Shown: in pieces, positions 13,681-27,800 of the stretch
Layout of the letters: every line of letters begins with the position of its first letter
Position numbering within the stretch: the stretch's first letter is position 1
The notes under the pieces: model-generated
Database searches by the model: none
Seen by the model: only the letters and a program-made list of their open reading frames with translations
What the model was told of the DNA's origin: nothing
Assembly (NCBI GenBank): GCA_028534125.1
Contig: CM052817.1
Span: 75,208,001-75,272,000 of the forward strand
DNA from: Lama glama
Lineage: Eukaryota
Reading direction: 5' to 3'
Length of the DNA stretch: 64,000 nucleotides
Translations under genes and position numbers: made by a program

Positions 13681-15529
13681 AAATAGAATAGGCCCATATA
13701 ATTTTGATATATATTTTATATGCATTTATATTTATATATGTATTCCAACAAAAACACCTTAAAATATATATTTAAAATATAAAAATTGATGATGAATGTA
13801 GTCATTCATACCAATCTATATTGTTGTTTTGGTATTTGGATATTGCTGACTTCATAGAATAAGCATGGCAATGTTCCTTTTGATTCTATTTTCTGCTTCA
13901 ATAAATTGTGATGTATTAGTATTATTTATTATTTAAACATCTGAAAGATTAAAAATCATCTGCATATGGTGCTTTTTATCAGTCTCATGGTACTCCACAC
14001 TCCGCTTCTACCAATTAATCAAATTAGCCATGTAAATGTTCATATTAGCTTATGGTTCCAGGCATTTTTGTTCCAGGTAAGTAGATCTCAGTTGCTGTAT
14101 GTCTCTGGCTGTACTGTCTTTCTAGATACTGGGGTGGTAATTTGTCCAATGACCTAAATTTCCTGCTAGGTTCAAGAAAAGTCTCTGATTTAAGTCTATT
14201 ATTTTCCTTCTTGTAAGGAGGAGAGTGATGGCTTCTCTGATCTTTATATGTTGGAGCTAAAATCAGAAGTCCTAATCACTATCCTTTAAAGATAAATTCA
14301 CTATAATTTGCCTAACTACAAAATAAAATGGAGTGAAGTGTTGCATCCCTTCTCAAGTATCTCCATGCAAAAGTCTGAATTTTCTAAAGTGATTTAGTTA
14401 AGAAATCTGAGAGTCAACCAACTAGAGATCCACAAAAGATAATAAACATTTTAATGCAAACATTTATGGAATAATTAAAGTGTATGAGACTTATCAGATA
14501 GCTTGCTTGAAAGAATCAGATAAGGATAGATGCACAAAAATACCAAAATTTTAATTAAAGGATTTGAAGAATGGTAGGAGCACTGTGAACTCTGAAATTT
14601 AAGACGAGAATAGATGGTAAGGTGTTGGTACAAATATCCTTTTTAAGTTATATCTGTGTTTTCTTATCAAACAGTGAAGTATTTATTAATTTTCAAGAAG
14701 GAGATGTGGTTGTGAAAACTGTATTTTGAACTGTTTTTGCAGTTTTGTTTATTATGAAATAATGCCCCAACAGACATCTGCATGACCTTTAAAGAGGCAT
14801 GGCAGGAGTTGGTAATAATCCACAGATTTCTCACACTAAGGTACCAACAGTAGGTCATGGTAAACCTTAGTTTTTTGGAGATACCCAAACATACAAATTT
14901 TGGCATATTTCAGTGGATACTAATTCAATCACAAGAGACTTTCATGGCTCTATTAGATGTTGAAAGTATGTGTAGTCATTTACAAGATAAACAAGTAGAA
15001 TTACACTGAGTATATTTGGAGGTAGAATTAAATATAAATGATTGATCAAGTGAAAAAAGAAATACATTTTTCATGAGGCTGTTTTTCAAACTGGCTTTTC
15101 ATTTTATTTTAATTAATGACAAGCACCAAGCGTGATTTTGACTAAATTAGCAAAGCCAAAAAATATAGTAGATCAGAAAATGTCACATGTTGTCCTTTTG
15201 ATTATCAGTAATTTTTATCAACAAATTCTAGTAAAAATAGTTACACTTTTGCGATTTCATATATCATAATAATACACTGATGCATTCCATAAATTGACAA
15301 ATTTCAATTCAATTATTTTGAGAAAATTAAGCCCCCTTTAACTAAACATGGAAGTATATCTGCTTTTGAACTTTAATATACTAGAGAGACATTGATAACA
15401 TTATGGCAATGTGTTTATCTCATAGTTTTAAATATTTAAAACCTGAGATACCTGGATTAAGATTTTTAAAGAAACATGAAAAAATAAAAACAGTAGTGTT
15501 TGGAATGAAATATTGTAGATGAATATGCC

Positions 15530-16290
15530 TGTCCATGTTCTTTGACACACTTATTGAGCATTGGGTATATATCTAAAAAGAATAATTCCCATTTTCTAGC
15601 ATTATATGCCATAACATACAAGGAATTCTTTAACATGACTTATCAAAGTCCTCTTCTGTTGCTTAAAGTCCTTGTTAAAACTTGCTCTCACATGTTTCCA
15701 TTCTAGAAATTTTGCTGTGGGTTGTGTTGTTGTGACTTTTACTTGAACTTCACTGGTGATTAGTGGGTTTGAACATCTTTTTAAATGTTTATCATCCATT
15801 AGGGATATTTTTTGTGTGTCAAGTGTCCACTCATGTTGTTTGACTTCTTCCCCCCATTTGTTGACTTTCTTCTTTGATTTGGGGAGAAAAATATTTTTGT
15901 TAGTTTCATGTATTGAAAATATTTTCTCCCAGTTTTCATTTTTACTCTTTTGATGGTCTCTTTCAATAAATCAAACATGGTATATTTATAATTTGTATTT
16001 TCTGTGTTGTGATTAAGAAATGTCTCTTTAACAAAGGTTGACAATAATATAATTTCTTCAAGAAGCTTTATATTTTTACCTTTACATTTAGATCTGAATC
16101 CAGTAAGAGTTGATTTTTGTGAATAGTGGAAGATTGGGTCCAGGTTCATTTGTTTGTTAATTTGTTTTTTATGATTATATAGTTGACCAGGTCTTTCTTT
16201 CCTTATTTCTCATTAGAGCCCACCTTGGTCATCAATTAAATGTCTATAAAAGTGTGGGTCAGTTTCTGGACTCTTTGTTAGTGCCTCCAG
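15530..16290 (-). mobile_element. Old L1 ORF2 fragment
   Basis: Minus-strand ORFs 'KHLKRCSNPLITSEVQVKVT' and 'MNLDP...KNIKLLEE' resemble the L1 ORF2p C-terminal region. Confidence 0.8.
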
Positions 16291-16597
16291 CAGGCAAGAG
16301 GACTCAACTGGCCCACTCCTCTGGGATTTCCTTCTCTCTCTCCATTTGCTTTACAAGTTATTGGTACCTTGCTAAATATCTGGCATTTTCAACAAGGCTT
16401 TTTTGTTTTGGTTTTGGTTTGTTTTCCTAGCTTTTCTAGTTTTTATTAGTGAGTGTACAGATCTGAAACAAACTAATCTGCCGTGGATAGAACTGAAATT
16501 TATTTTTAATCATGAAGGAATGTTTACACTATTAAGTGCTTTACTAAATATACTGAATTGATCATCTATTTCCTGCACATTGTACAGACTAAATGGA

Positions 16598-16708
16598 CAA
16601 GACCAAGCCTCTCATTTTGCTCAAGACTATCCCAATTTTAGCACCAAAAGTCTAACATCTCAAGAAACCTTGTAGGCTCGGGCAGTCAGAGACAATTGCT
16701 TAACCTGT
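16598..16708. mobile_element. MER81-like hAT MITE
   Basis: 'gactatcccaattttagcaccaaaagtc...gagacaattgcttaacct' matches the recalled MER81 pattern; about 110 bp. Confidence 0.55.
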
Positions 16709-16876
16709 AAATAGGGTCCTATATATTGATAGATATTCTTACATAGTATTTTCCGTCTATCCTGGGGATAAACTTTCTTTGGTCATGGAGTGTTAATTCT
16801 TTAACAATCACTTGCATTCTATTGAAACTCACTATTAAAACATAGTTTTATAAAACCTGTTTTAAAAAGGGTTTCA

Positions 16877-17290
16877 TATTAGTTAAGATTAGGTTTGGCT
16901 ACATTTAACACCTTAAATGAAAATAATCATAGATAAAAAGGAAGAAAAATTTTCCCTATGTTTTGAAATCTTAGAAGTTGTACAATCAGAGCTGGTGTCA
17001 TCAGTTCTCTGAGAAGTCAGATTCTCAGTCTCTTTTTATTTTATTGTTTTGCCATAAATGTGGCCATTCCACAGCTCAACTTGTGATCAATGGTGGCTAC
17101 TGGAGTAATGGCCATTAAAGCATTAAGCACAAAGAGGAAACAGGGCCTTAATCTTTCCTTTTGAGGACATTTCCTAGAATTTGTGCAAAACTGCCTCTGC
17201 TTAATTCTCCTTAGTCAGGATATAATCACATAGTCAGATCTGTTTTATGACTTATTTCGGTCGACCATGCATTTACCTAAAAATCAGCGT
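16877..17290 (-). mobile_element. Old MaLR LTR (MLT1J/K-like)
   Basis: 'tattagttaagattaggtttggctac', 'caatggtggctactggag', 'ctctgcttaattctccttagtcaggatataatcacatag'. Confidence 0.55.
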
Positions 17291-19814
17291 ATACCACTAA
17301 TGGAAAAGGCAAAAATATGGATTTGGTAAAAAAAATAAGAGTCTTTGAAACTTGTATTGTGAAGTAAAATGGGCTTATAATCTCACTTTCTCACACTTCC
17401 TTATTTAATTTAGGAATCAAGGGTATATATGCCTTACAAAATGGGCAGCTCTTTCATCTTTTTCTGTTTTCTGGAAAAACAATTAAGGGATTCTGTGGTC
17501 CTTTACAGTTGTTAGAAATTTTCCTCTAAGTGTTTGAGCCTTGGGATTTTTTTCAAAAAAAGATTATTTATTCATCTGCCTTTTCAATCTGGTTTTCATT
17601 TTTAATTTTAAAAAATTTGTGTGTTGCCTCAAGTATTTTCAAGCCCAATTTATTTCTTATATGAAATGTTCTTTATATGAAATCTTAAATGAAATCTTCT
17701 TCATTTAAGACTACAATCCTTCAGTTTATCTAAAAGTTTTTTTTTTCTTAAGTACTTCCCATGTCTTTATCAACTCTGGATGAATTGGGGGAGAATTTCT
17801 CTATCTATTATTTGAAATAATTTTCAGCTATATTTATTTTTAACTCAAACTGTTATTAAATTTTTTATTTTAATCACTGTACTTTTATGGCTGAATCTTT
17901 CCAATTCAACCTTTTTTAGGTCTGCTTGCTCATATATTAGATTCTCAAAGTCTTTCCTTATATTCTTTGGGCTATTCATTACATTTATATTTAATTATGC
18001 TTGAAATTATGCTTCACATAATCATTCATTCTGATGCTTTTGAAAGAAATTCTTTAGTTTTTGTTCTCTTATTTTTGTAGTATCTGTACTCTTCTGAAAT
18101 ATTAATTTTTTTTCCATATGAGTCACATTCCCCTAGGGTACAGCTATTTTGCCTGGAAATCTACTAAGGAGTGGGATGAAAATGGGCCTTATGTTGTCTC
18201 TTCTAATGAGTTTAATGAAGGGTAGGCATATTCTACCTTGGGAACTTCTCTCCCCACAATCTGGACTGTAAAATCTTTTTGCAAAACCAAGTAAATTTGT
18301 CTTTTGAATTAAAAACTACTTTTTTCCAAGAGTTCCCCCAACCTTTATTGTGTCTGTCTGTCAGAGTTTGTAGATGGTAGAGAGAAAAAAACTAAGTTGA
18401 CTTTCAACCTACATCTACGATGACCTGCTCCTACCCCAACTGGGATCTGGCGCCACCCACTCTTGCAGATGGAATAACACCACAGAAATGTCTTCTCTGT
18501 GAAGCTTCCCTGGCTCATACTGACTCCAGGGAAATAATGATCTGCCTAGGGCAATGTGGCAAAGAGAGGAGACTACAAGTTAAAAGTTATATTTTAAAAA
18601 TGGGGCTTAACCATTCTCTGCTATAAGCTACTACCTCCTCAAACTACCTTAAAATTGCCTTAAATTCCTTTCCTCTGTTTCTAAAATTTTTACATTGGAT
18701 TTTTAGGTCTTGCCATTTTGTCAGATGTACTGTATCCCTCCGTTTGGATCCTGGGTAAGGAACAAATTTTATAATTTGCAATCATATTCTGTAAAAGGAA
18801 AACCAGTCTTTCATAATATACTTTTCATTTACAGTTATAGATATCTGTGTACTGAATACACATATTGTGGCATAATAGATATTTCTTACTTTATGGAACT
18901 ATATATTGTATCCAGCTGGGAAGAAATTTACAGAAAATATGTCTTTATATATACATATACATTATAGATATATTTTATAGACTATACATTAGAGATAATA
19001 TCATTCAATTTTTATTTTCTTTTAGTGTTTAGAACTATGAACAATAAAAAACAGGTATAAAACCATAAACATATGCTGCTTTGTTGTGTTCCTCAGTGTG
19101 TTCTCTAACTAGGTCTCTGTAGACTAAGCTATTGGTCTCTCTATTTTCTCATGCTGAAACTAAAGCTAGCACTGGTCCATCTAATTTGCAGTAGAGACAA
19201 GTCTCTGAAGCTGCCTAATTCTCTTAACTGGGAATATGAGTGCAGTGGAAGGAGTTGTATGAAATGCTTAGCTTTTGATAAGATTCTCTGAAGGTCCATT
19301 ATCAGAAAAAAATGTTCTTTAGTACATTTCTTTAATCCTGGTAATTTTTTACTACTTTCTGTAGTTTGTAACTTGTCTTTTAAAAATAATCTGATAAGAA
19401 AATTAATTTAAAGATAATTAGAATTTTTCATTTCTATTTTTTTTATAGAACATTCATATTTCATATAGTGAGGGATACATATTTGAGTTTTTATTGTACA
19501 ATACACTGTAATTATATATGAAATCTTATTTATTAGTAATAATCACCCATACACATATCTGATTTTTTTTAGTAACAAGTAATCAAGACTTTCTGTTCTT
19601 TTAATCTACTATTCACTGTGCATAATATGTTCAAGTAGTACCAAACTTCTATCAAAAGCCTATCAAGTTGTCTTACCAGCTGATAAGAAAGTATGTGATG
19701 GATAAATTTTTTGCACTGTTACTAATCACATTATATTTATTCTGAGTCCTTTATTATCAGCAGATATATTTTATAACTATAAATTACTTCAGTAGCTTCA
19801 CTTCATTTTTGAAA

Positions 19815-19926
19815 TTCTTTTTTCAGCTTTATTGAGGTATAGTTAAAAAATAAAATTGTAAAATACTTAAAATGTCAATGTGATGATTTGATTTAGGTAT
19901 CCATTATGAAATAATTCCCCCATCAC
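19815..19926 (-). mobile_element. L1MA-like 3' end fragment
   Basis: 'ttcagctttattgaggtatagtt...aataaaattgta...atgtgatgatttga'. Confidence 0.75.
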
Positions 19927-21071
19927 TATTACATGATTCTCCTACAAGTTGATCCTAAATCAATCTTTCATTTCTCCCGGTTCTATTCTTCAAGTGTGTT
20001 TTATTATAGAACTCTAACTTGTCTCTAAAACTATAGTTCTCTACTCATTTCTTTCATAAAATTTCTTGCCGTATAAATTTTCCAACTTATATCTTCGTAA
20101 GTGATACAGGAATTATTCTCTCTCCTGAATGGCTTCCACTTTTCTTATTCTAGTGAAAATTTAGTGAACCTAGTACAAAATGAATGTTACTTCCTTCCCT
20201 ATTGAAATATTTTCAAATGCAGTCTAAGATTATGCACATTCTTGGCAACTGCATCATGTATATTCCTCCAACTTGCTTCTGACTAAAGTCCATGTTATTA
20301 GTAAGCTACTCTTAAAGCATTGAATTTCATTACATATCTGGACTTCTTTAGTATTTTGCATTTTTAGGGGGTCTTAGGAAAGCTAAGTACAGTAGTGAAA
20401 GGCCTTACTTATGTTGTTAAATGTGTGTGTTTTTAAAAATATTTATACCAAGAATTTTTTAGTCTGTTTGAATAAACTTCATGGCATCCAAAAATTAAAT
20501 GACAGAAATTACAGGAAAATGCACAAATCAAAATGTAGAGTAGTGTGTATACCTCTGGGATGGAGAGAAAAAATCCTTTCAAAGTACAGGAGAGATTTTC
20601 GTGCTTTAGGTAATGTTCTTATTCTTAAACTGAGTAATGGCTTAATAAGTGTTCATTATTACTATCAAAATTAACATAATATTATATTTACTATTTAATA
20701 TCTACCAAATGTTAAAGCATTTTTTTAAAAAAGATAAAATCATGATATTAATGCAAATTATAAACTTTGAAAATGTGTCAAAATTTTATTCAATTCATTA
20801 ATTAAGAGAGACTCAGAAAAATGCTCAGACCAACCCAAAATGTTTCAGAAGCTATGTATTTATAGGCAACCAAATAAAGGAGTGTAATAATAAGATTTGC
20901 TGAGTAAGATGCACATTTAATTAATGGCTAGAGTATATTTACATATTATGAGCCATAATCCTTTGGTGGGTCTTTGCCCCATATGATATTGGAAAGATGT
21001 ACCACTCAGATGTTTGCCTTATTTTCAAGTTTAAGAGTAGTTATTCTTTTTTATTGTTGGTGTATTCTACT

Positions 21072-21133
21072 CTTTTTTTTTGAAGTAGAGTCAGTTTACA
21101 ATGTTGTGTCAGTTTCTGGTGTACAGCATAATA
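21072..21133 (-). mobile_element. Short L1 3'-terminal fragment
   Basis: polyT followed by 'gaagtagagtcagtttacaatgttgtgtcagtttctggtgtacagcata', the reverse complement of the L1 tail seen at about 33290 and 45150. Confidence 0.8.
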
Positions 21134-21429
21134 GTTTAGGGGTAGTTTTTCTTAATCATTTTAAAAGTTTTTAAAAATCAGCTTAAAACTAGTAAGTTAA
21201 AGTAACATAAAGTTTTATATTTATACAAATAAAGATTTCACTTCACTTAAAATTATCATAGAAATAACCTAAATAATCCACATATGATTAGAGATTAAGC
21301 AAGATCTTTTCTTACAATATTGCTCTTTAAGTTGTCTCTTTAATATATTTAAGATGAAAGAATATAGAGATACTAAAAGAAAAATTAGTTAAAACTATCC
21401 TTAGGATTTTTTTTCTTTTGCATGACTTT

Positions 21430-21760
21430 TATCTGTTCAACAGTTATTTCTTGTGGTTTACAATATGTCCTTGCACATACTATATGCACTCTGAGATCTG
21501 GGGATACCAATGGAAATGCGACAAACTAGTTCCTTTCTCTCATCACATTTACATTTTAGTGGCAGACAGTAAATGACACTTAAGTAAGCATGTCACAGCA
21601 TTTCAAATAGTGATAAGTGTCATGTAAAATTAAAATTAAATAAAAAATAAAATTAGGATAATGGGAAAGAAAATATCCGAGAATGGATAGGGGAGACCAT
21701 TTTAGATTAGGGAGACAGTTTAGGTCAGGAAAGCCACTGTGATAATGAGAAAAGCCCACA
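21430..21760 (-). mobile_element. L2 3' fragment
   Basis: 'ctggggataccaatgg', 'ttacattttagtggcagacag', 'tttcaaatagtgataagtgtcatg', 'ttttagattaggg'. Confidence 0.65.
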
Positions 21761-22399
21761 GGTCATTTGAAAACTTTGCTTGCTTTTGACTGGCGTAAGT
21801 GATAAAAATACCATGTTGCAATTTAAAAATTATGTTACAAATATATATCATGTCTGACAGATAAATTGAACTCATCTAATAAACTGTTCAGTCAAATTTT
21901 CAAGCAGAAAATGCTGATGTTTCTATCCTGGTACTTGTTTCAAAGCCATTTATCAAAATTTAAAACAAAATATAAATTATGGATTCAAAATATGAGTTGT
22001 GGGGATGCCACAGATTGTAATATAAGGTTTAGATTAACAAGATTTTCAAATCAAGTTGCAAAGCAACCACTTCAATGATTGAAAAAAAAAGCTGCTAAAA
22101 TCTTAAGACTGTGTTTATCTTCAGATTGTGTTAGTGTAATTGCCATTAATCTTTAGTTGTTTAAAGTGAATTTTTTTCATTTTATTCTTTTTATTGTTAT
22201 TGAAGGGATAGATGGACATTTTAAATTTTTATATTTTAAACCCATCCAAATGGGCCTAATATTAAAAGTAAAATCTCTTTATCTGCCATTACCACAACTC
22301 CAGGTCACTTTTGTCCTTTTCTGTTTGTTTCTAGTCTGTCTGATAATTCAAGTCCAAACTCTAAATAATGTATTATGTGGCTCTTTCACAGTGATTTCT

Positions 22400-22835
22400 T
22401 AGGAATTGAATTGTGTCCCTCTCCCCAAATTCATGTGTTGAAGTTCTAATCTGCAGTATCTTAGAATGTGACCTTATTTGGAAATAGAGTTGTTATTGAT
22501 GTAATGAGTTAGAATGAGGTCATACTGGAGTAAAATGGGTCCCTAATCCAACTATGACTGGCATTCTTATATAAAGGAGAAATCTGGACACAGACACTTC
22601 TCAGAGAGAGCACCACGTCAAGAATGAAGTCGTGCTTCCACAAGCCAAGCATTACCAGAACTTAGGAGACTGGCCTGGAACAGACCCTTTCCTAGTTCCT
22701 TCAGGGAAAATGTAGCCCTGCCAACAACTTGACCTTGGACTTCTAATCTATACAATTATAAGACAACACATTTCTGATGTTAAGTCATTCAGTTTTTATG
22801 ATACTTTGTTACAACAGCCTAGTAAACTAATTTAT
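22400..22835 (+). mobile_element. MLT1B/C-like MaLR solo LTR
   Basis: 'gaattgtgtccc...gaatgtgaccttatttggaaatag...gaggtcatactggagta' through 'tactttgttacaacagcctagtaaactaat'. Confidence 0.88.
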
Positions 22836-23283
22836 GATTTGTCCTATTTATTGATTTCTTATTAATATGCTGGGCACATCTAAGTTCTTTAAATGTGTTA
22901 TATCATTTAATACTCACCATAGGCTGAATAGGTACCTACTACTATTAACCCCATTATGTAAAGAACACAAGAGGCATCTTTCAAAGCTTATAGTCGGTAT
23001 GACTTCACAGTTGCTTGCTTAACTGTGCCAACATGATGCTGATTTCTTAATTCATATAAGGACTCAGATAATTCTAATTAACTTTCCATTAAAAAGGCTG
23101 TGAGATTTAGTTCAGTTAAAATAATCTCTCTTCCCATAATCTCCAATATTACTTAATTTTCAATTTTTATTTTTTATTGGTTAGCTTTATTTTTAAATAC
23201 TGTATTTAGACCTCTATTTCCTAATCATTCAACTTCAGACATTATTTCTTATCTACTCAGTATATAAAATTAAGAAAGTAGCA

Positions 23284-23330
23284 ACACTGTAAATTGACTA
23301 TACTTCAATTAAAAACAAAAAAAAGAAAAA
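23284..23330 (+). mobile_element. Extremely 5'-truncated L1 tail with 12-bp TSD
   Basis: 'acactgtaaattgactatacttcaatt' plus polyA. TSD aagaaagtagca at 23272-23283 and 23331-23342. Confidence 0.85.
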
Positions 23331-24079
23331 AAGAAAGTAGCACCTCTACACTTCCCTCAAACTCTCCTTCCTCTTTATATCTCCTAATCTGTCTGCTCCC
23401 CCATTACGTTTACATAGTCAAGGCAGTTATACGCAGTAAGTTTGACCAAGTCTTCCCAGTTTCAGAGATTATTCCCTAGTGCATAAACATTTTCGCTAAA
23501 CCAAGTAATCTGATTTAATCATGAAGAATGAAATTTCATTATATGTCACTAAGCATACTGTTTCAAATTTCAAAGTCAGATGCAATATATTTTCTTATAC
23601 TTTTTCAACCAATCAAAATGTTTTAATTTACTTCATTTAAAAATGTTCACTTTCTTATACATATTTTCTGCTGAACCCTTCTTTCACCAGAATTTCCTAC
23701 TTATTTCCTATCATCTTGTTATTAAAGGAAAAAAAGAATAAATTACTAACATCTTTATTTGATAAAACAAGTAAGTCTCTACTGACTTACTTAAGTGGGT
23801 ATATGGCTCTTGTCCTGGGATCTCTTTTCAATGCTCATCTGGGCTATTCTTTAATTCTAATATTTTTAACTCGTTTTAGCTCTTTTTCTTCCAGTTATAT
23901 TTCATTACTTAAGAAATGTATCTGATTCTTTCCACGTTGTCAATTTTAAAATTTTAATCCTTATTATCAATGGGGCATAGGATTTTAGGTGGCAAATTGT
24001 TTTTCCTGTTTTTGAGAACTATATAGGCATTACTTTTTTCTAAAATTACTAATGAAAAGCCTTATCAAAGCCTATAGGC

Positions 24080-24526
24080 ATTTTTCCTTAGTTGAGGTTT
24101 CCTCAATGCAGCCTTTGAGGCAAGAATTTGACCCCAAATAGTTGAGTTCAGATAACCTAAAAAACACCTGAAGGGTAAGGAGTAAGTTATGCCAAGAAGG
24201 GAAGGCAGCGGAGGCCCTGCTATCAAGCGAGTTACCACTGTGTGTAACTGAAGCCCAATCCCACAGAAGATGCCTAGGATTCAGTGTAGATGATGTTCCT
24301 CAAAGTGATTCCAAAGTGAGGGCTGAAGGACTAAGGAGTTGATGCTTCAGTTTCTTCTAGGCATTGAATGTGGAATTCACTGGTTGTGGAACTGGGCACA
24401 AATGAGCTGAGAAAATTCTAAGGCAAAGAGAGCCAGGTGTTGGCCACTGGAAGTTGGGCATGAGGCAATGTATGGCGGTGGCAGGGGTGAGAACACAGAA
24501 CGTGGTCTCCAGATGTGTGTGCTACA
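24080..24526 (-). mobile_element. LTR33-like ERVL solo LTR
   Basis: 'tgaggcaagaatttga', 'agggaaggcagc', 'tatcaagcgagttaccactgtgtgtaactgaagcccaatcccac'; ends 'gtgtgctaca'. Confidence 0.7.
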
Positions 24527-24589
24527 CTGTATGTGTATAAACACTGTCAGCTTGTAGCTGTCTTCCCATTCACTCTCGAAGACTTCATG

Positions 24590-24840
24590 ATTTTATCTCT
24601 ATTCTCTGAATCCCCCAATTTTAGGAGAATGTGTGTCATTCAGTCTGTTGACATTTGACAGGGCCTTTAAAATAAAGTACAAGCCTTTCTTTAGCTTTGT
24701 GAAAATGTACTCTATTATTATTTTGATTATTTCCTTTATTCGACTAATATATTTTTCTTTTTCAGAGATTTCTATTAGACAGGTATTGGTAGCTGTCCTA
24801 CGTTTTATTTTCCCATACACATACTGATTTTTTTCTAGAC
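24590..24840 (-). mobile_element. L1/HAL1 ORF1-like remnant
   Basis: Translation 'KRRTATNTCLIEISEKE...KEIIKIIIEYIFTKLKK' resembles ORF1p 'RRSNIRIIGIPE...EIIQENFPNL'. Confidence 0.55.
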
Positions 24841-27800
24841 AATTCTGTTTTTATTTCCCATGACCTCTTTTTCTTGCTTCCTGCTTCTTTTCATAGCAAG
24901 CTTTTAGGTTTTATGGATTCATTTTTCATTCCCTTTTATTTATAGAAGGAATATATTCTGAAGATATTTTAGAAGCATTTTCTGATTTACTTGTTCCCAT
25001 CTTGGACTTTGTTCTCAAATTAGTCAAAGTATCATTGAATAGACTTTTTGTTATTGTATTATCTCCTTCTAGGGAAGTATCTTTCTTACTTAAAATTTAG
25101 GGAGCAGATTCCCATCTCTCAGCAGCCACTCTGACTTTTAGTATATGTTTCAAGTACTTGTCAGGTATGTGTTACTGCACAGACTTTATCATTGTAGGTT
25201 TTTCTTTCATTTGATATAAATATTCATCCTCTCTTCTTCATTATTTGAACACTGTAGTTGGACTCTAGGGAAGCATGTGGAGTAGTTCCCAAATTTTTAC
25301 CCAGATTAATTCAGCTTAAAGTTAATCCATATAAAAATATAAACAAACCTCTTTCTGTTAGTAGATTTCCAGTATAACAGTTTCTTACAAGTTATTAAAA
25401 TTTGTAGTTTCAAACATGTTTTCTAATTATAAAAGTGCTATGTATTCCTTTTCAAAATATTTCAAAATACAGAAATATATAAATAAGAGTGCAAGAATAT
25501 CAGTCTCACACCTCAGATGTAACAATTGCTTTATGTATTTTATTTATATATATTTAGAATTTTACTAGTGTAATCCTCATAGTATTTTAATGTATATTCT
25601 TTTTATTACTGTAATCTGTGATGAATGATAAGGAAATTAACACATTAATTCCCTAATTTTTTTCTTCACATCACCAATTATCTATCTTAATAAAAAATTT
25701 ATGCTTTTAGTGCTAGAGTTTAAAATAAAATATTTCCTGCATTATTTATTTACCCCTTAAAGGTATTTTGATATTCACATTGCATCTGGTATCCATCTTA
25801 TTAATGATTTAGGAAATTCTGAATTAACTGGTGTACTGATCACCACCAATATGTTTAGCAAAGCAATTCTTATTTTCTAATTAAGTATTTTGATTATTTC
25901 ACTCTGTCAGTTGGATTACACCTTTAAGTAATTTTTTTTCAAGAACAATGTATGAGTCACACATCTTCAAATTATTTAAAACTCTCCTTTATGTTTACAG
26001 TTGAAAATGATATGCTAGGTCTAAATATTTTCCAAAGAACTTTCTAGCTTTTTCAATATTTATACTGCAAAAATGTCTGGTTCTACTTTTGTTTTCTTAC
26101 TTTTCTTTAATTAGGTAACTTTTTTTTTTGTTTCCTATGTTTATAGATATTTTCTCTTTTTTCTGGCAGCTCAATTTATTTAATAAATATGTCTATATAG
26201 ATGTCATTTTCAGTAACTTTTACCTGGAATATGTGTCTGTTGTAGACTTAATTCTATCACTGTGGTAAAACAATTGAAGACCATGGTTCAAACTCTTGGA
26301 AATGTTTGTAGAAATACTGCAGAGAGACCACATAACAGAGCAACCAATTGTAACAAATCCAAGATTTAAGCTAAATATCTAGATCATTTCTTCTGAATGT
26401 AAAAATCTGCACCCAAACTATTTATTTCAAGGAAAAATCAATTGCATTATACATAATTTTGAGATCCTCTTCACTCATGTTTTAAAAAAGAATAACGAAA
26501 TAGATTGAGCTGGAATGATTTAAAGACCACAGCAATTTTACAATATATATATATTAAGGGAATACTATTTAGCTTAATTTAAAATTTTAATATTTTCTAT
26601 CAGGTTCCAAGACCTTAACATACATTCTATTTCAAATTATTTTACTTCAAATTTAAATTTAGTATGTTACTTGGCACTAACATCATTATTCCTAGTTTCT
26701 TAACTATTTCTCAAATTATACTGTTGTGGTAATGGTGATTATAAGGAGAAAAAAGACAATGAAATAACCAAAGATTAAAAAGTCTGAATATTAATGTTAA
26801 ACAGAGGTAAAATATTTTAAAATACCTCTAAGGTAACAAATATGAAGAATGGAAATTATAGTCCCTCTAAAACAAACAGATTCTTAGGAAAGAATTGCCA
26901 TTGTTTTTACAGGCAATTCAAGTGTAAAGAGAGAAACATGTTATTTATAAATAGGTTCAATTTGAGATATTTTCTTCTATGTTTCTTTGTGATGTGGGAT
27001 TGTAGTTTAAGTAAGAAGTTTGAATTGAATTTGTAAACATTGTGGCTTTTCTGTATAAAGACTATTCAGTAGGGAATAATTAGAGGAGAGTCTACAGTTG
27101 AAACAACAAAAACTTGTTCACACATGGGGACTGAGTGGAGACACCAAAGAGCACAGATCAGAGTGTTTTAATAAGTTTAAGAAATATAAATAGTATTCTT
27201 CAAAAAATTCTCTGAAGGAGGCATGTAAGGAGTCTTTGGAGATGTAACAGAGAACCAAGGGATTGCTTTGGCATGAAAACCAAAGAGGGGTGGAAATTTA
27301 AAAGACATGCTAAAATATCAAACGTGACTGAAAGGAGAAAAGGGAGAACTAAATCCTAATAAATAATGATTTGAATAAGAGGTGTATTATAATTGCATTA
27401 ATTAAGTTTTAATCAAGTAATACAAGAGAAGCCAAACTGCATAGAGTCCAAAGAAAATTGTAGTAAGAAAATATAGAAATAGTAGGTGCAATTCTCACTG
27501 GAAAACATGGATAGATTAGAATATAAGATATATAAGAAGAATCATAAAAAGGTTGGTAACCCTAGTCTTAATTACATTAAGATGTTACATTAACAAGAAA
27601 AAATAAATGACAAAATAATAATTCTATCTTGATAATCAATTTTTACACAAAATATTTCACAAATATTTTCACAGAAACTATGTCATTTACATCTTACTGT
27701 ACAATTTTTTTAGATCATAATGCATGTAACCTATGACTACTGTACCAATTGGATACACACATGTAATGATTAATAAAGTTTTATGAATTTTTTCCTAGTA

